DNA of 64,000 nt, taken from assembly GCA_965644315.1 (NCBI GenBank), contig CBFFRQ010000043.1, positions 62,001-126,000 of the forward strand. The letters are read 5' to 3'. Positions 23,129 through 32,332 of this stretch are shown here, one piece after another. Position 1 is the stretch's first letter; the number at the start of each line of letters is the position of its first letter. The notes under the pieces were generated by a model that was given only the letters and a program-made list of their open reading frames with translations, was not told the DNA's origin and did not search any database. The translations under genes were made by a program, and so were the position numbers. The stretch comes from Caecitellus pseudoparvulus. Lineage: Eukaryota > Protista > Bigyra: Bicosoecida.

Positions 23129-25255
23129 CTACTCTGCCTCGTCCGGCACACCCGAGCCCACGGCCGTGGCCTGCTCAGGGCGGGACTGGTGCTGGCTGGC
23201 CAAGTTGGCGCCCAGCCTCCGCACGGCTGCTGCCCGGGGCGTCTCCTCCTCCTCTCCCTCCCCTCCATGCCCTGCAGCAGCGGCACCGCCCTCCCCCACC
23301 ACTTCGTCCTCCTCCTCCTCCCCCTCCGTTTCGTCGTCCTCCTCCAGGTGAATGCTGTCCGGCGCCGTGTGGCGGTCCGTGTCCTCCTCCTCCTCCTCCG
23401 CCAGGTCAGGCAGGTCCACGCGCCCAGAAGCGGCGGGTGGGCGGCGGCAGGGCACCCCCGTCCCTGCCCGCACGTGCACCTGCCCGTTCTCCACCAGGGC
23501 TCGGTTCAGCACCTCCAGCAGCTGGGCGGACGTGGGGCGCCGGGAAGGGTCTCGGTTCAGGGTGTACCGCAGGTACTTCGCCACGCGGGGCGGCACGTCC
23601 TCCGGCACGGACCCCGCCGCGGCAGCCAAGTCGCCCTCCTCCCCCTCCCGCAGCAGTGTCTCCAGGCGGGCTGTGCGCTCGGCGTCCCCCTCCTCCTCCG
23701 GCGCCTGGCTCCACAGCGCCTGCCACAGGCCCGGCCCGCCGTCTTCCGCGTGGCTCAGCAACTCCACCAGCGTCAGCCCCAGCATGTACACGTCAGACTG
23801 CACACCCCAGTGCCCCACCGCGGCACCCGAGTCATCCACCGTCTCAGGCGGGCGGTACATCCACGTCAGGCCGGCAGAGGCGTCCGCCTCCGCCTCACGC
23901 TGCTTGGCCCGTCCAAAGTCCCCAAGACGCAAGTGTGCCGCCGTCACGTCCTCTGCGTCCAGCAGCACATTCTCAGGCTTCACGTCGGCGTGCCAGACGG
24001 GGATGGCGTGCAGCTCTGCCACAGCAGCAGCCAGCTCGGCGCCCAGCTTCAGTCGTGTGGCCAGGGACAGGCCCGGCCCCTGCAGAATGCCCCGCAGACT
24101 GCCGCCGGGTGAGTAGTCCATGAGCACGCCCCGGGGGAAACCTGCGTCGTCCAGGATGATGGGGCCAGGCTTCACCTGGTACGCCATCTCCGCCACTCCC
24201 GGGAGGCCCATGAACAGCCGTGCCTCGGCAAGCACGCTGGCCCATGCTGCACTGGTGGGGTCCTGCTTGAAAAACACCTTGGCGGCCCACTGCTGGCCCT
24301 CAAACGTCGCCCGGTACACCGTCGCATGCCCGCCAACGCCCACCTGCTCCCCCAGCACCACATCCTTCTCTGCAGCGTACCGGATGCACGTGAGTGGGCC
24401 AAGCAGTGCGGCAGCGGGGCCACTGGGCCGCTCGCGTGTGGCGATGAACAGTGGCGTGTGCAGCTGCGCATCCAGCGCGTCGGGGTCCGCCCCCAGCCGC
24501 AGCAGACGCCGCGCCATGCTGGCTGCCGCCTGGTCGGGCAGCACCCGCACCGCCAAGTGCAGCCCCGTGTCACCCTGTTCATCCCGCCCGTTCACGTCAG
24601 CACCTCCCTCCCGCACAATGGCCTTGGCCTCCGCCTCGCTCCCCTCCCGCACCGCCTGGTGCACTGTCATGGTGGCCTGGCGGATGAACGTCTTCAGCAC
24701 AGCCAGGGCCTCACCCCGAGCTGCCTTGAGCAGGCGTGTGCGCTGGGTCTTGGACTGCAGCAGGCGCAGCCCTGCGCCGTGCTGCAGTAGCCACGTCACA
24801 ACCGGCACGTTGTTGGCCTTGGCGGCGATGAACAGCGGCGTGTGGCCGCGGGCACTGGTGCGGGCGGTCAGGCTGCCGCCCATCTGCAGCAGCAGCTCCA
24901 GCGTCTTGTGCCCTTCCGGGTCGCGCGCTGCCAGCACCGTCAAGCCACCCCGAAAGTCCGCCACGGCAGACGCCACAGCAGATGCCACGTCGCTGGGCGC
25001 AGAGGCGGACGCCGCCTCTCCCGAGCCTGCGGCAGGCTTGCTCTCCGGGGCACCTGACGGGGTGCCTGCTAGACCAGTCTCCACGTCAGCGGCTGCGGGG
25101 GGGGCGGGTGCTGGCGCTGGTTCGGCGCCAGCCTTGCCGCCGGCACCTCCACCCCAGCAGCCGAAGTGGCGCAGGGCGATGCCCAGGAGCACCAGGCCCA
25201 GCACACTTGCTAGAACGGCGATGGCCACGATGCTGCCCGTGTCAGGGGATGCCAT
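23129..25255 (-). CDS. Single-pass membrane-anchored ankyrin-repeat protein kinase (TKL-like, non-RD), intronless
   Basis: N-terminal TM IVAIAVLASVLGLVLLGIAL; ankyrin repeats GHTPLFIAA, GDTGLHLAV and HTPLFIA; kinase motifs GVGGHATVY, AAKVF, HADVKPEN, GDFG, YRPPE and SDVY. Confidence 0.88.
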   Translation of the reverse strand: MASPDTGSIVAIAVLASVLGLVLLGIALRHFGCWGGGAGGKAGAEPAPAPAPPAAADVETGLAGTPSGAPESKPAAGSGEAASASAPSDVASAVASAVADFRGGLTVLAARDPEGHKTLELLLQMGGSLTARTSARGHTPLFIAAKANNVPVVTWLLQHGAGLRLLQSKTQRTRLLKAARGEALAVLKTFIRQATMTVHQAVREGSEAEAKAIVREGGADVNGRDEQGDTGLHLAVRVLPDQAAASMARRLLRLGADPDALDAQLHTPLFIATRERPSGPAAALLGPLTCIRYAAEKDVVLGEQVGVGGHATVYRATFEGQQWAAKVFFKQDPTSAAWASVLAEARLFMGLPGVAEMAYQVKPGPIILDDAGFPRGVLMDYSPGGSLRGILQGPGLSLATRLKLGAELAAAVAELHAIPVWHADVKPENVLLDAEDVTAAHLRLGDFGRAKQREAEADASAGLTWMYRPPETVDDSGAAVGHWGVQSDVYMLGLTLVELLSHAEDGGPGLWQALWSQAPEEEGDAERTARLETLLREGEEGDLAAAAGSVPEDVPPRVAKYLRYTLNRDPSRRPTSAQLLEVLNRALVENGQVHVRAGTGVPCRRPPAASGRVDLPDLAEEEEEDTDRHTAPDSIHLEEDDETEGEEEEDEVVGEGGAAAAGHGGEGEEEETPRAAAVRRLGANLASQHQSRPEQATAVGSGVPDEAE

Positions 25256-25603
25256 GGCGTTGTCTGTAGCCGGCGAAGGCGGGGATGAGTGTGCAGAGTG
25301 GCCAGGCAGTAGCCGCGACTGCCTCCGTAGCGAAAGAGGAGCAAATGGGGCACGCTTGCCGCAAGGGCCGGATAGACCTGTGAAGTTTAATTTTGCACTC
25401 ACAATTTTTCTTCCTATCTCAGCACCGGAGAGTGCACGGCGACACTGATCGGCGCTGCGAGCGTGTTCAAATTCCGCGTCAACGCCACTCCTTGCGATCG
25501 TGGTGCAAGCCTGCGCACATGGACACAAGCGATGCGAACTTGTGGGATGGAGGAATGGTTGTGTAAAATGTATATAGATCCCGCGCCTCGTTGGTCGGTG
25601 CAT

Positions 25604-27019
25604 TCACGAGCTCTTCTTGGGGCCCCTCCGGCCGCGTCCGCGACGCCGACCGCCTCGCCCTCCCCCGCCGCCCTGCTTGTCTGCACCGCCGCCCTCGGCT
25701 GCTGCAGAGGGCGACGGTGCAGGCGCAGGTGTTGCTTTGTCTGTGCGGCCACGCTTGGAGGCCTGTCCACGGCCCGCCCCACCACGCTGCCGGCCACCCC
25801 CTCCGCCTCGCCCACCCCCCCCAGCGCGCCGCGTCATCCAAGCAGGCATCATGTCACTGCTGGAGGGGCGCATCTCCCCCGGGCGCCCTCCGCGATCGGG
25901 CACCGCCCCCATGACCACCCCCTTCACGGCGGCTGCAGGGGGGGTGGAGGACACCTTCGCACCCGCCTGCTGCAGCAACTCAGGACCCGCCATGAACACC
26001 TCTGCCACGTCCAACGGCTGCAAGGGCCGTGCCAGGGCGGCACGCCGACCCGCCACGGCAGCTTGCATCTCCCCAGCACGCTCTGTGCCCGTCGCACCCC
26101 ACAGGAACCCCTGCAGGGTGACGTTGAGCCGTTTCACTGCCATGGCGCGGCGACGGGCGTAGTCAGCTGCCAGGCCGTTGTTGATGCGCTTCAAGATGTC
26201 CAGCACTGGCCCCGTCGCGAGAGCAGGCGGCAGGAGCGGTGTGCAACGTGTCAGGTGTCCAGGCGGCAGTGCTGGCAGCAGCGCCTGCACGCGGCCGGCC
26301 AGCGTAAGGAACGCCTTGGCCAACGCCCGGTGTGTGGGGGCCAGGGCGTCCTTGGAGGGGGCATCGCCCTGGGCACTAGGCAGGGGCACGTCAGGCACAG
26401 GCACACGCATAGCGGCGCACAGCTGCTGGCTGGTGGCGGCCAGGAGCGCCAGGCCCCCGCTGTCAGCTGGCTGCGCGGGGTCTGATCCAGGTTGGGCCTC
26501 CTGCAAGAAGGCGGGCGTCTGAGGCACGGCTGCCGTGGCAGAGGCCCGCATGGCCTTGGCCAGGGCCAGGTTCACGCTCTGTGCCTCCCGTGCTAGGAAG
26601 GTGAGGCACAGCAGGCGGGCGCGGGGGGTGCTGCACTGGTCTACCGGGTATGGACAACCCACCCCGACGCACCAGGCAGCGACGCTGGAGGGAGTGACAG
26701 GGCGCTGCAAAGGTGGCAAGGCGCCCAGCCCGGCAGTGGTGGCCGCCTTGGTCAGCTGCGAGACGTGGGAAGGGGGGGGTGACTGGACGCCACAAGTCAC
26801 TCGGCAAGGCACCTGAGCAACGCACGGTTGTGATGAGGCGGGAAGCCAGCATGACCACTTTGGTCCCATCAGCCTGGTCCAGATCTCCATCACTGAGCGT
26901 GACTTGGATCCTGCACGTGGAGCAAGTGGTGAAATAGTGCGGCGCCTCGCTGCTCTCCCAATTCCGCAGTCCACCCACGCCAAGTCGTCCAAGCTCGCGT
27001 TCAGGTCGTCCAGAGCCAT
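25604..27019 (-). CDS. FAM98: FAM98 family protein with RGG-rich tail
   Basis: DYARRRAMAVKRLNVTLQGFLW and VMGAVPDRGGRP..MPAW followed by an RGG tail match the FAM98 signature. Confidence 0.85.
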   Translation of the reverse strand: MALDDLNASLDDLAWVDCGIGRAARRRTISPLAPRAGSKSRSVMEIWTRLMGPKWSCWLPASSQPCVAQVPCRVTCGVQSPPPSHVSQLTKAATTAGLGALPPLQRPVTPSSVAAWCVGVGCPYPVDQCSTPRARLLCLTFLAREAQSVNLALAKAMRASATAAVPQTPAFLQEAQPGSDPAQPADSGGLALLAATSQQLCAAMRVPVPDVPLPSAQGDAPSKDALAPTHRALAKAFLTLAGRVQALLPALPPGHLTRCTPLLPPALATGPVLDILKRINNGLAADYARRRAMAVKRLNVTLQGFLWGATGTERAGEMQAAVAGRRAALARPLQPLDVAEVFMAGPELLQQAGAKVSSTPPAAAVKGVVMGAVPDRGGRPGEMRPSSSDMMPAWMTRRAGGGGRGGGGGRQRGGAGRGQASKRGRTDKATPAPAPSPSAAAEGGGADKQGGGGGRGGRRRGRGRRGPKKSS

Positions 27020-27492
27020 GGCGCCTGACGCTTGGCGTCGTCTTGTCGAGGTAGTTTCCTGCTGCCACAAGCAACACTTCTAGATCAGAAGCTACGCGAG
27101 TCCTGGAAGAAAGGCGTGTCCAAGGAAGCGACGCAGGATTCAGCGATCCCACCGCGCAGTCACGCGCTGGAGGGGGAAGTCAGCGTGAAACGGGGCCTGG
27201 AATAGGCATGCTCGCCTTCATCACATGGGGTGATTTTTGATGTGCACAAGATCAGCTGATGCACTCAAACTGCCTTGGTCTTTGCGACTGCACGTGAAGC
27301 AACTCCACTGTGTCCCACAAAACGCCGCACCCCGTCAGCTTGACAGCGGCGCTGCGGATGCATCGTGTCGCCCTATCATACATAAATTCGATACGCGCAG
27401 TGCTTTCCCACGCTGCTCTCTGCAGAACCAGGGCTCGGCACGGGAAGTGTGCTCTGCGCAACGCAAGTGAAACTCTCCAACTACAGTGCAGC

Positions 27493-28416
27493 ATGGGCGC
27501 CTGCTGCTCCTCCTCGGCTGAGGAGGAGGCAGATTCCGTTTACACACCTGGCTCACGAGGGGCTGCAGCCGGTGGTGGTGCTGCTGCGGGTTACGGCTCG
27601 GGATCTGGCTCTGCCACAGCTGCGCCCAGCAAGAAGGAGCTGGCGGCGCGCATCCACACCTCTCGCAAGCTGGGCAGCCTGAAGCTGTCAGCCTGCGCCC
27701 TGACGAGGATCCCCACAGACGTGTTGGAGCACACTGAATGGCGCAGCGTGGACCTCGCCTCCAACCGCATCACCATCGTGCCTGACGCTGTGGCCAGCTG
27801 GCACCGTCTGCGCGCCCTGAACCTGGCCGGCAACCTCGTGAAGGAGCTGCGCATCGACCTGCGGCAGCTGACCAGCCTGCGCAAGCTAGACCTGCGCGGC
27901 AACGGCCTCACCAGCCTGCCGCACTTGCCGGACGGCTTGGAGGAGCTGCGTCTGGCGGACAACTCGCGCCTGGACGTGGACGGCCTGGACGCCAGTGTCG
28001 TCGCCTGTGCAGACTCACTAACAGTGCTGGACGTGAGTGGGTGTGGCGTGACGCGCCTGCCCGCCTGGCTGTGCCAGTGCTCCAGCCTGCAGGAGTTGGA
28101 CGTGTCCCGCAACGGGGAGCTGCGGTCGCTGCGCCTGGAGTCGGGCGGCGTGGACATGTGGGATGAGATGCCGCACCTGGTGACTCTGCGAGCCTCTGAC
28201 TGCGACGTGTGGCCCAACAGCGACTGTGTCCCCACCTCCCTCCTGCGGGACAGCCGGGTGCAGACGCTGGACCTGTCGGGCAACCGCATGACCCAGCGCG
28301 CCCTGCGCGACATCCCAGGCATGGACCAGTACATTGAACGCGCAGCGCAGCGCGCCACCAAGGGCATGTCTGGCGGCGGCGGCGAGCTGCACACGCTGTG
28401 CGGCGTGGCAGAGTGA
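27493..28416 (+). CDS. LRRC57-like leucine-rich repeat protein with an N-acylation motif
   Basis: MGACCSS start; RIHTSRKLGSLKLS; regular LxxLxLxxN repeats; C-terminal LLRDSRVQTLDLSGN..IPGMDQYIER as in LRRC57. Confidence 0.8.
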   Translation: MGACCSSSAEEEADSVYTPGSRGAAAGGGAAAGYGSGSGSATAAPSKKELAARIHTSRKLGSLKLSACALTRIPTDVLEHTEWRSVDLASNRITIVPDAVASWHRLRALNLAGNLVKELRIDLRQLTSLRKLDLRGNGLTSLPHLPDGLEELRLADNSRLDVDGLDASVVACADSLTVLDVSGCGVTRLPAWLCQCSSLQELDVSRNGELRSLRLESGGVDMWDEMPHLVTLRASDCDVWPNSDCVPTSLLRDSRVQTLDLSGNRMTQRALRDIPGMDQYIERAAQRATKGMSGGGGELHTLCGVAE

Positions 28417-28426
28417 CACCCCCCGC

Positions 28427-29228
28427 TCACCCCTCGCCCCCCGTCACCTCCACTATCACCCCAGCTGCGGCGTCGAATGCATCCAGTGTGTCAGACGGCG
28501 CCTGCAGGGCCCTACGCAAGGCGCTGTGCAGCACGCCCACACTGCCCTGCGCCGCCAGCGCCAGGTACGCCCCCGCATGCCCTGCACCACGGTGCCACCC
28601 AAGCACGTGGCAAGCCCTGCGCAGGCCGAGGAAGACATGGTACGTGGTGAACACAAACGCCAAGCCCTTGGCCGCCTGCACGGCGCTGTGCTTGCCACTG
28701 GCCCGTGTGCCGATCAACTGCGCCAGGAAGCCGCTGCTGCGTTTCACGCCAACGTGCGCAATGCCTGCCGCACACAGCAGCGTCAGCGCGTCCACTGCCG
28801 CGTCATGGCGCAAGGCCGCCCCCAGCACCTGCAGCAACACTTGCCCCTGCTGCCTCAGCCGTTCTTCGTTGGCCCGAAGTCTGTCATTCGCCTGGCGCAA
28901 CGCCGACTCCACACGGCCTACGCGCCTGTGCAACGTAACTTTGTACCCATGTACAGCTGCAGCTGCGAATCGCCGCCACGCGCAGCACGCACTGAAGGAT
29001 GCCGTGGATGGCAACAGCAGCAGCATCTCCCTGTGCTGCCAGGGCTTGCAGCTGCCGATGTCCCCGCTCCAAGTCCTCCTGTGACACAAGCCGCGACGCA
29101 GCACGCTTTCGCACCAGTGCAACGCCCATGACGCCGGCAGGCCTCACCTGCAGCTTGAGAAGCCCCTTTTCCAACACCGACATGCGCCGAGCACCCGCTC
29201 CATGCAGGGCAAAGTTCAAAATAGACAT
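28427..29228 (-). CDS. Hypothetical protein with a coiled coil and hydrophobic segments
   Basis: Exon MSILNFALHG..KLQ|GTGAGG; downstream frame RVESALRQANDRLRANEERLRQQ..hydrophobic helices to the stop at 28427. Confidence 0.45.
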
Positions 29229-29656
29229 GCGTGCCAAGCTCTGCACAGGAGGCACGCGAGGGCGCTGCAAGCACCGCAATGTGTAACGCCAGAAACGCCA
29301 GCTGCCTCGCGCACCAAGAAGTGCCGTTTGGAGACAACCAAGCCCTCAGAGACACCTGCTCGCGGCCTCGACATCATAGCATTTCCACCCTCCGACAGGC
29401 TCTGCTGCTGTGAGCAGGCGCTGCCGTGGCTGGGAATGACGGCGCTCTCTGCTGCCATGGTCTCGCGGCACCGTTGCTGACTTGGGCGGGGAGCTAAAGA
29501 CAGAGCACAGTGGGGCACGGCACGGGCAAGTAGAAGGCTGTAGCATTTGCCTGCACTTTGCACCTTTCAGGTTGCGGTGCATTGTGCCCCTGGAAGGGGG
29601 TTTGCCTTGGAAGGCAGATGTGACGCACACCGCACTCCTTGGCAGCGCAGCAGCAC

Positions 29657-31692
29657 CTACGACGCGCCACCGCCTGAGCGTGCTGAAGACGCCTGCCAGG
29701 CGTGCCTGTACTGCATGGCGCCAATGCTGGCAGTGGACGGGCGCGCCCTGCCGCCGTGCCGAGCGAGGTTCGTGCCTTTGAGCATGACGGACGAGGTGAA
29801 CCGCGAACGCGGAACACTCGTGGGCTTGAACACCTTGGCCTCCCGCCCCCGCGCCACGTACACCCGCTCCGGCACGGGGTCCGGGATGTGCTTGGGGTAC
29901 TCCCCCAGGGGTCCCTTCGCCGCGGGCGCCGCTGCGCGAAAGGGGGGTCGTGACGCCAACGCCTCGGCAGCCTTGGCCCGGCGTTCCCGCGCCTTGGCAG
30001 ACAGCGCCGGCGCCGTGCCAGGCCGCTTTCTGCCCCGTCCGCCGGCGGGGCTCCCGGCTGGGGAGGGGGTGTACAGGGGGGTCCGGTCCTCCCGAGCCAC
30101 GGCAGCTGGCGGCACAGCTGGCAGGTGGGCCCGACCCTGCAGCGTGCTGTCGTCCACCTCCCCCCCTGCCAAGAACACGTCCTCCACGATGGGCAGGTCT
30201 TTGCGGTGCAGGGCGCGGCTGACGGTGCCAGTGAAGGGCTTGCGCCCTGCCAGCTTCGCCCGGGCTGCCGCACGCTCCTTGCGGGCCGCCTCGGCCGGCG
30301 CATCGTACTCGCTGCTGACGTACTTGAACACGCTCTTCACCGCCTCATCCCCCACGCCTGACGTGTTCTTCAGTCCCTCCCCCAGCAGCGTGCCAGTGGT
30401 GCCCCAGCCGCCACGCTTGGGCGGGTTGGCGATGAAATTCCGCGGGCCAGTCTTGACCTCCATGCGCCCGCCCTCGTTGCGAGGCAGGCGCCGCCGCCGC
30501 GCCTCCATCTCGCGCTCCTTGCTCTGGTGGCCCAACTCGCGCAGCTCTGTGATGTGGCGGGGAGCGTGCAGGGTTGGTGGGTGCAGCGAACCGGCAAGCA
30601 ACCGCACGCCACGCACTCTTGGGTTCGACGCTCTTGTCGACCTCTGTGGAGACGAACACGTCCTCCTCCTCCCGCTGCCACTTGGCAGAGGAGGGGCGGA
30701 AGGCGGGGCGCTGGTCCGGCACCTTCAGCCGGCGCTTCGTCGCGGCCAGCGCCTCCTTGCGCAGACGCCGCATGCGCTCGCCACTGGTCTCGTACGGGTC
30801 CGGCATGAACTCAGGCACAGCCCGCGAGACGTCCCGAGACTTGCGTGTGGGCGCCGTGCCGAACTGCTTGCCGCCATGCCGAGAATGGGCTGCGTGGCGC
30901 CGCACTGTGCAGAAGCGGGCGAGGTGTGCAGATGGGTGTCGCCGGCAACCTTGCACCTGGCGGATGCCGCACGCACAGACAGTGTCATCGAACTCGTCAC
31001 CGAGGGCAAGCGTCACAAACTGCTCTCCAAATGGATCCGTGCTGCCCTGCAGCGTCTGGCCCATGCTGTCCTTCAGCGCCTGGGAGTGGACCGCAAGAAA
31101 AGCATGCGCCGTGCACAAGCAATTTCCGCAGCACACGCCGCGGCGCGCCTCACCTTTTCCCGCAGCTCTTGCCGACTGGCAGGCCGACTTGTAAGCCGAT
31201 CGAAGATTTCCTTGTTCTTATACACGCCTTCGGTGCTGAGCCGGCCGTCAGGGAGGCGCCCGCCCTTCACCAGGCGCGTCCCAGTGATCCTGTGAGACGG
31301 GGTCGCGCAAGAGTGCTGCTGGCCTGACTGGCAGTCGCGCCTGAGGCAGGGCCCACAACGCACGTCTGGGCGGCGCCACCTGCCGTCAGAGCTGTTCCCT
31401 CTGCCGTCATGCCGTCTGCCCCCAGCTTCAAGGTGAAGCCCACCGGCTGGCCAGAGCCCTCGGTGTACAGCCCCTGCAGCGTGTGCCCTGCGGCATCCAG
31501 CTTGCCTTGCACAGTGGCAACTGCTGATCCATCACTGGACTTGAACGCGCCCTTCACGAAGCCGTCCCCGTCTGCTCGCAGCTGAAAGCGTCCTCCATCC
31601 CAAATCCCGCCGCTCCAAGTGCCAAGCAGCGTCCTCTCGACCTCCCCGCCACTCTTCGAGCCCTTCTTACCCCCACCAGCCTTATGGGCCAT
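29657..31692 (-). CDS. CFAP96/C4orf47 (DUF4586)-like cilia-associated protein with an extra N-terminal beta-rich domain; multi-exon
   Basis: GKQFGTAPTRK, PRNFIANPPKRGGWGTTGTLLG..FKYVSSEYD, LGEYPKHIPDP and VFKPTSVPRSRFTSSV resemble C4orf47 motifs. The upstream exons are linked by GT-AG introns. Confidence 0.65.
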
Positions 31693-32332
31693 CGATAGTC
31701 TGGGAAGTGGCACTCCCTCACGCGTTGGTGCCCCAGGGGAGCGGCTGCGGCGTGCGCCGTGCTTGGCGGCAAAATAGCTTGTGTCGCTGCGACACGCGCT
31801 GACACAGAGAGTTGCGCTGAGTTCAAAGCGAAAACCGAAATATAACGTTATGGGGCGTCGAAGCAATGCTGATTGCATGCAATTGATGCGGTGGAATATG
31901 CAGCCGGGCGGCAAATGAACCCAGGACGCACCTGCACAGGAGGAAGCCAGAAACGCTGTGGTCTTCGCGTAAGTCGCACAGCCAGCGCCACCGCTGGTGT
32001 GAAGAAGATTTGAGTAATGGGCGCTGCAAGGGTGCACCGCTAGGCATAGAAGCGTGATGTTGGGTTCCTACTGTCATGCTGAACCTTGAGCCAGAGTCAC
32101 CCTCCAGTGCTCTGTTCTGAATAATCTCAACACCAAAGTCAGACAGCACACCCAGACAAGCTTCGATGCCATGTGCGGTTGACTGGTCACGGAGCGGCAA
32201 AGAGACAGAAATGGGAGCGGCTCGTTGTCTCGGGCACATTCATGCCTTCCTCAACAAAAACTATCGTCTGTAGTTGGCTGCAAGGCCCATTTCCCGTGGC
32301 CAAGACTGCGAGTCACATTCCAACCGCACACC

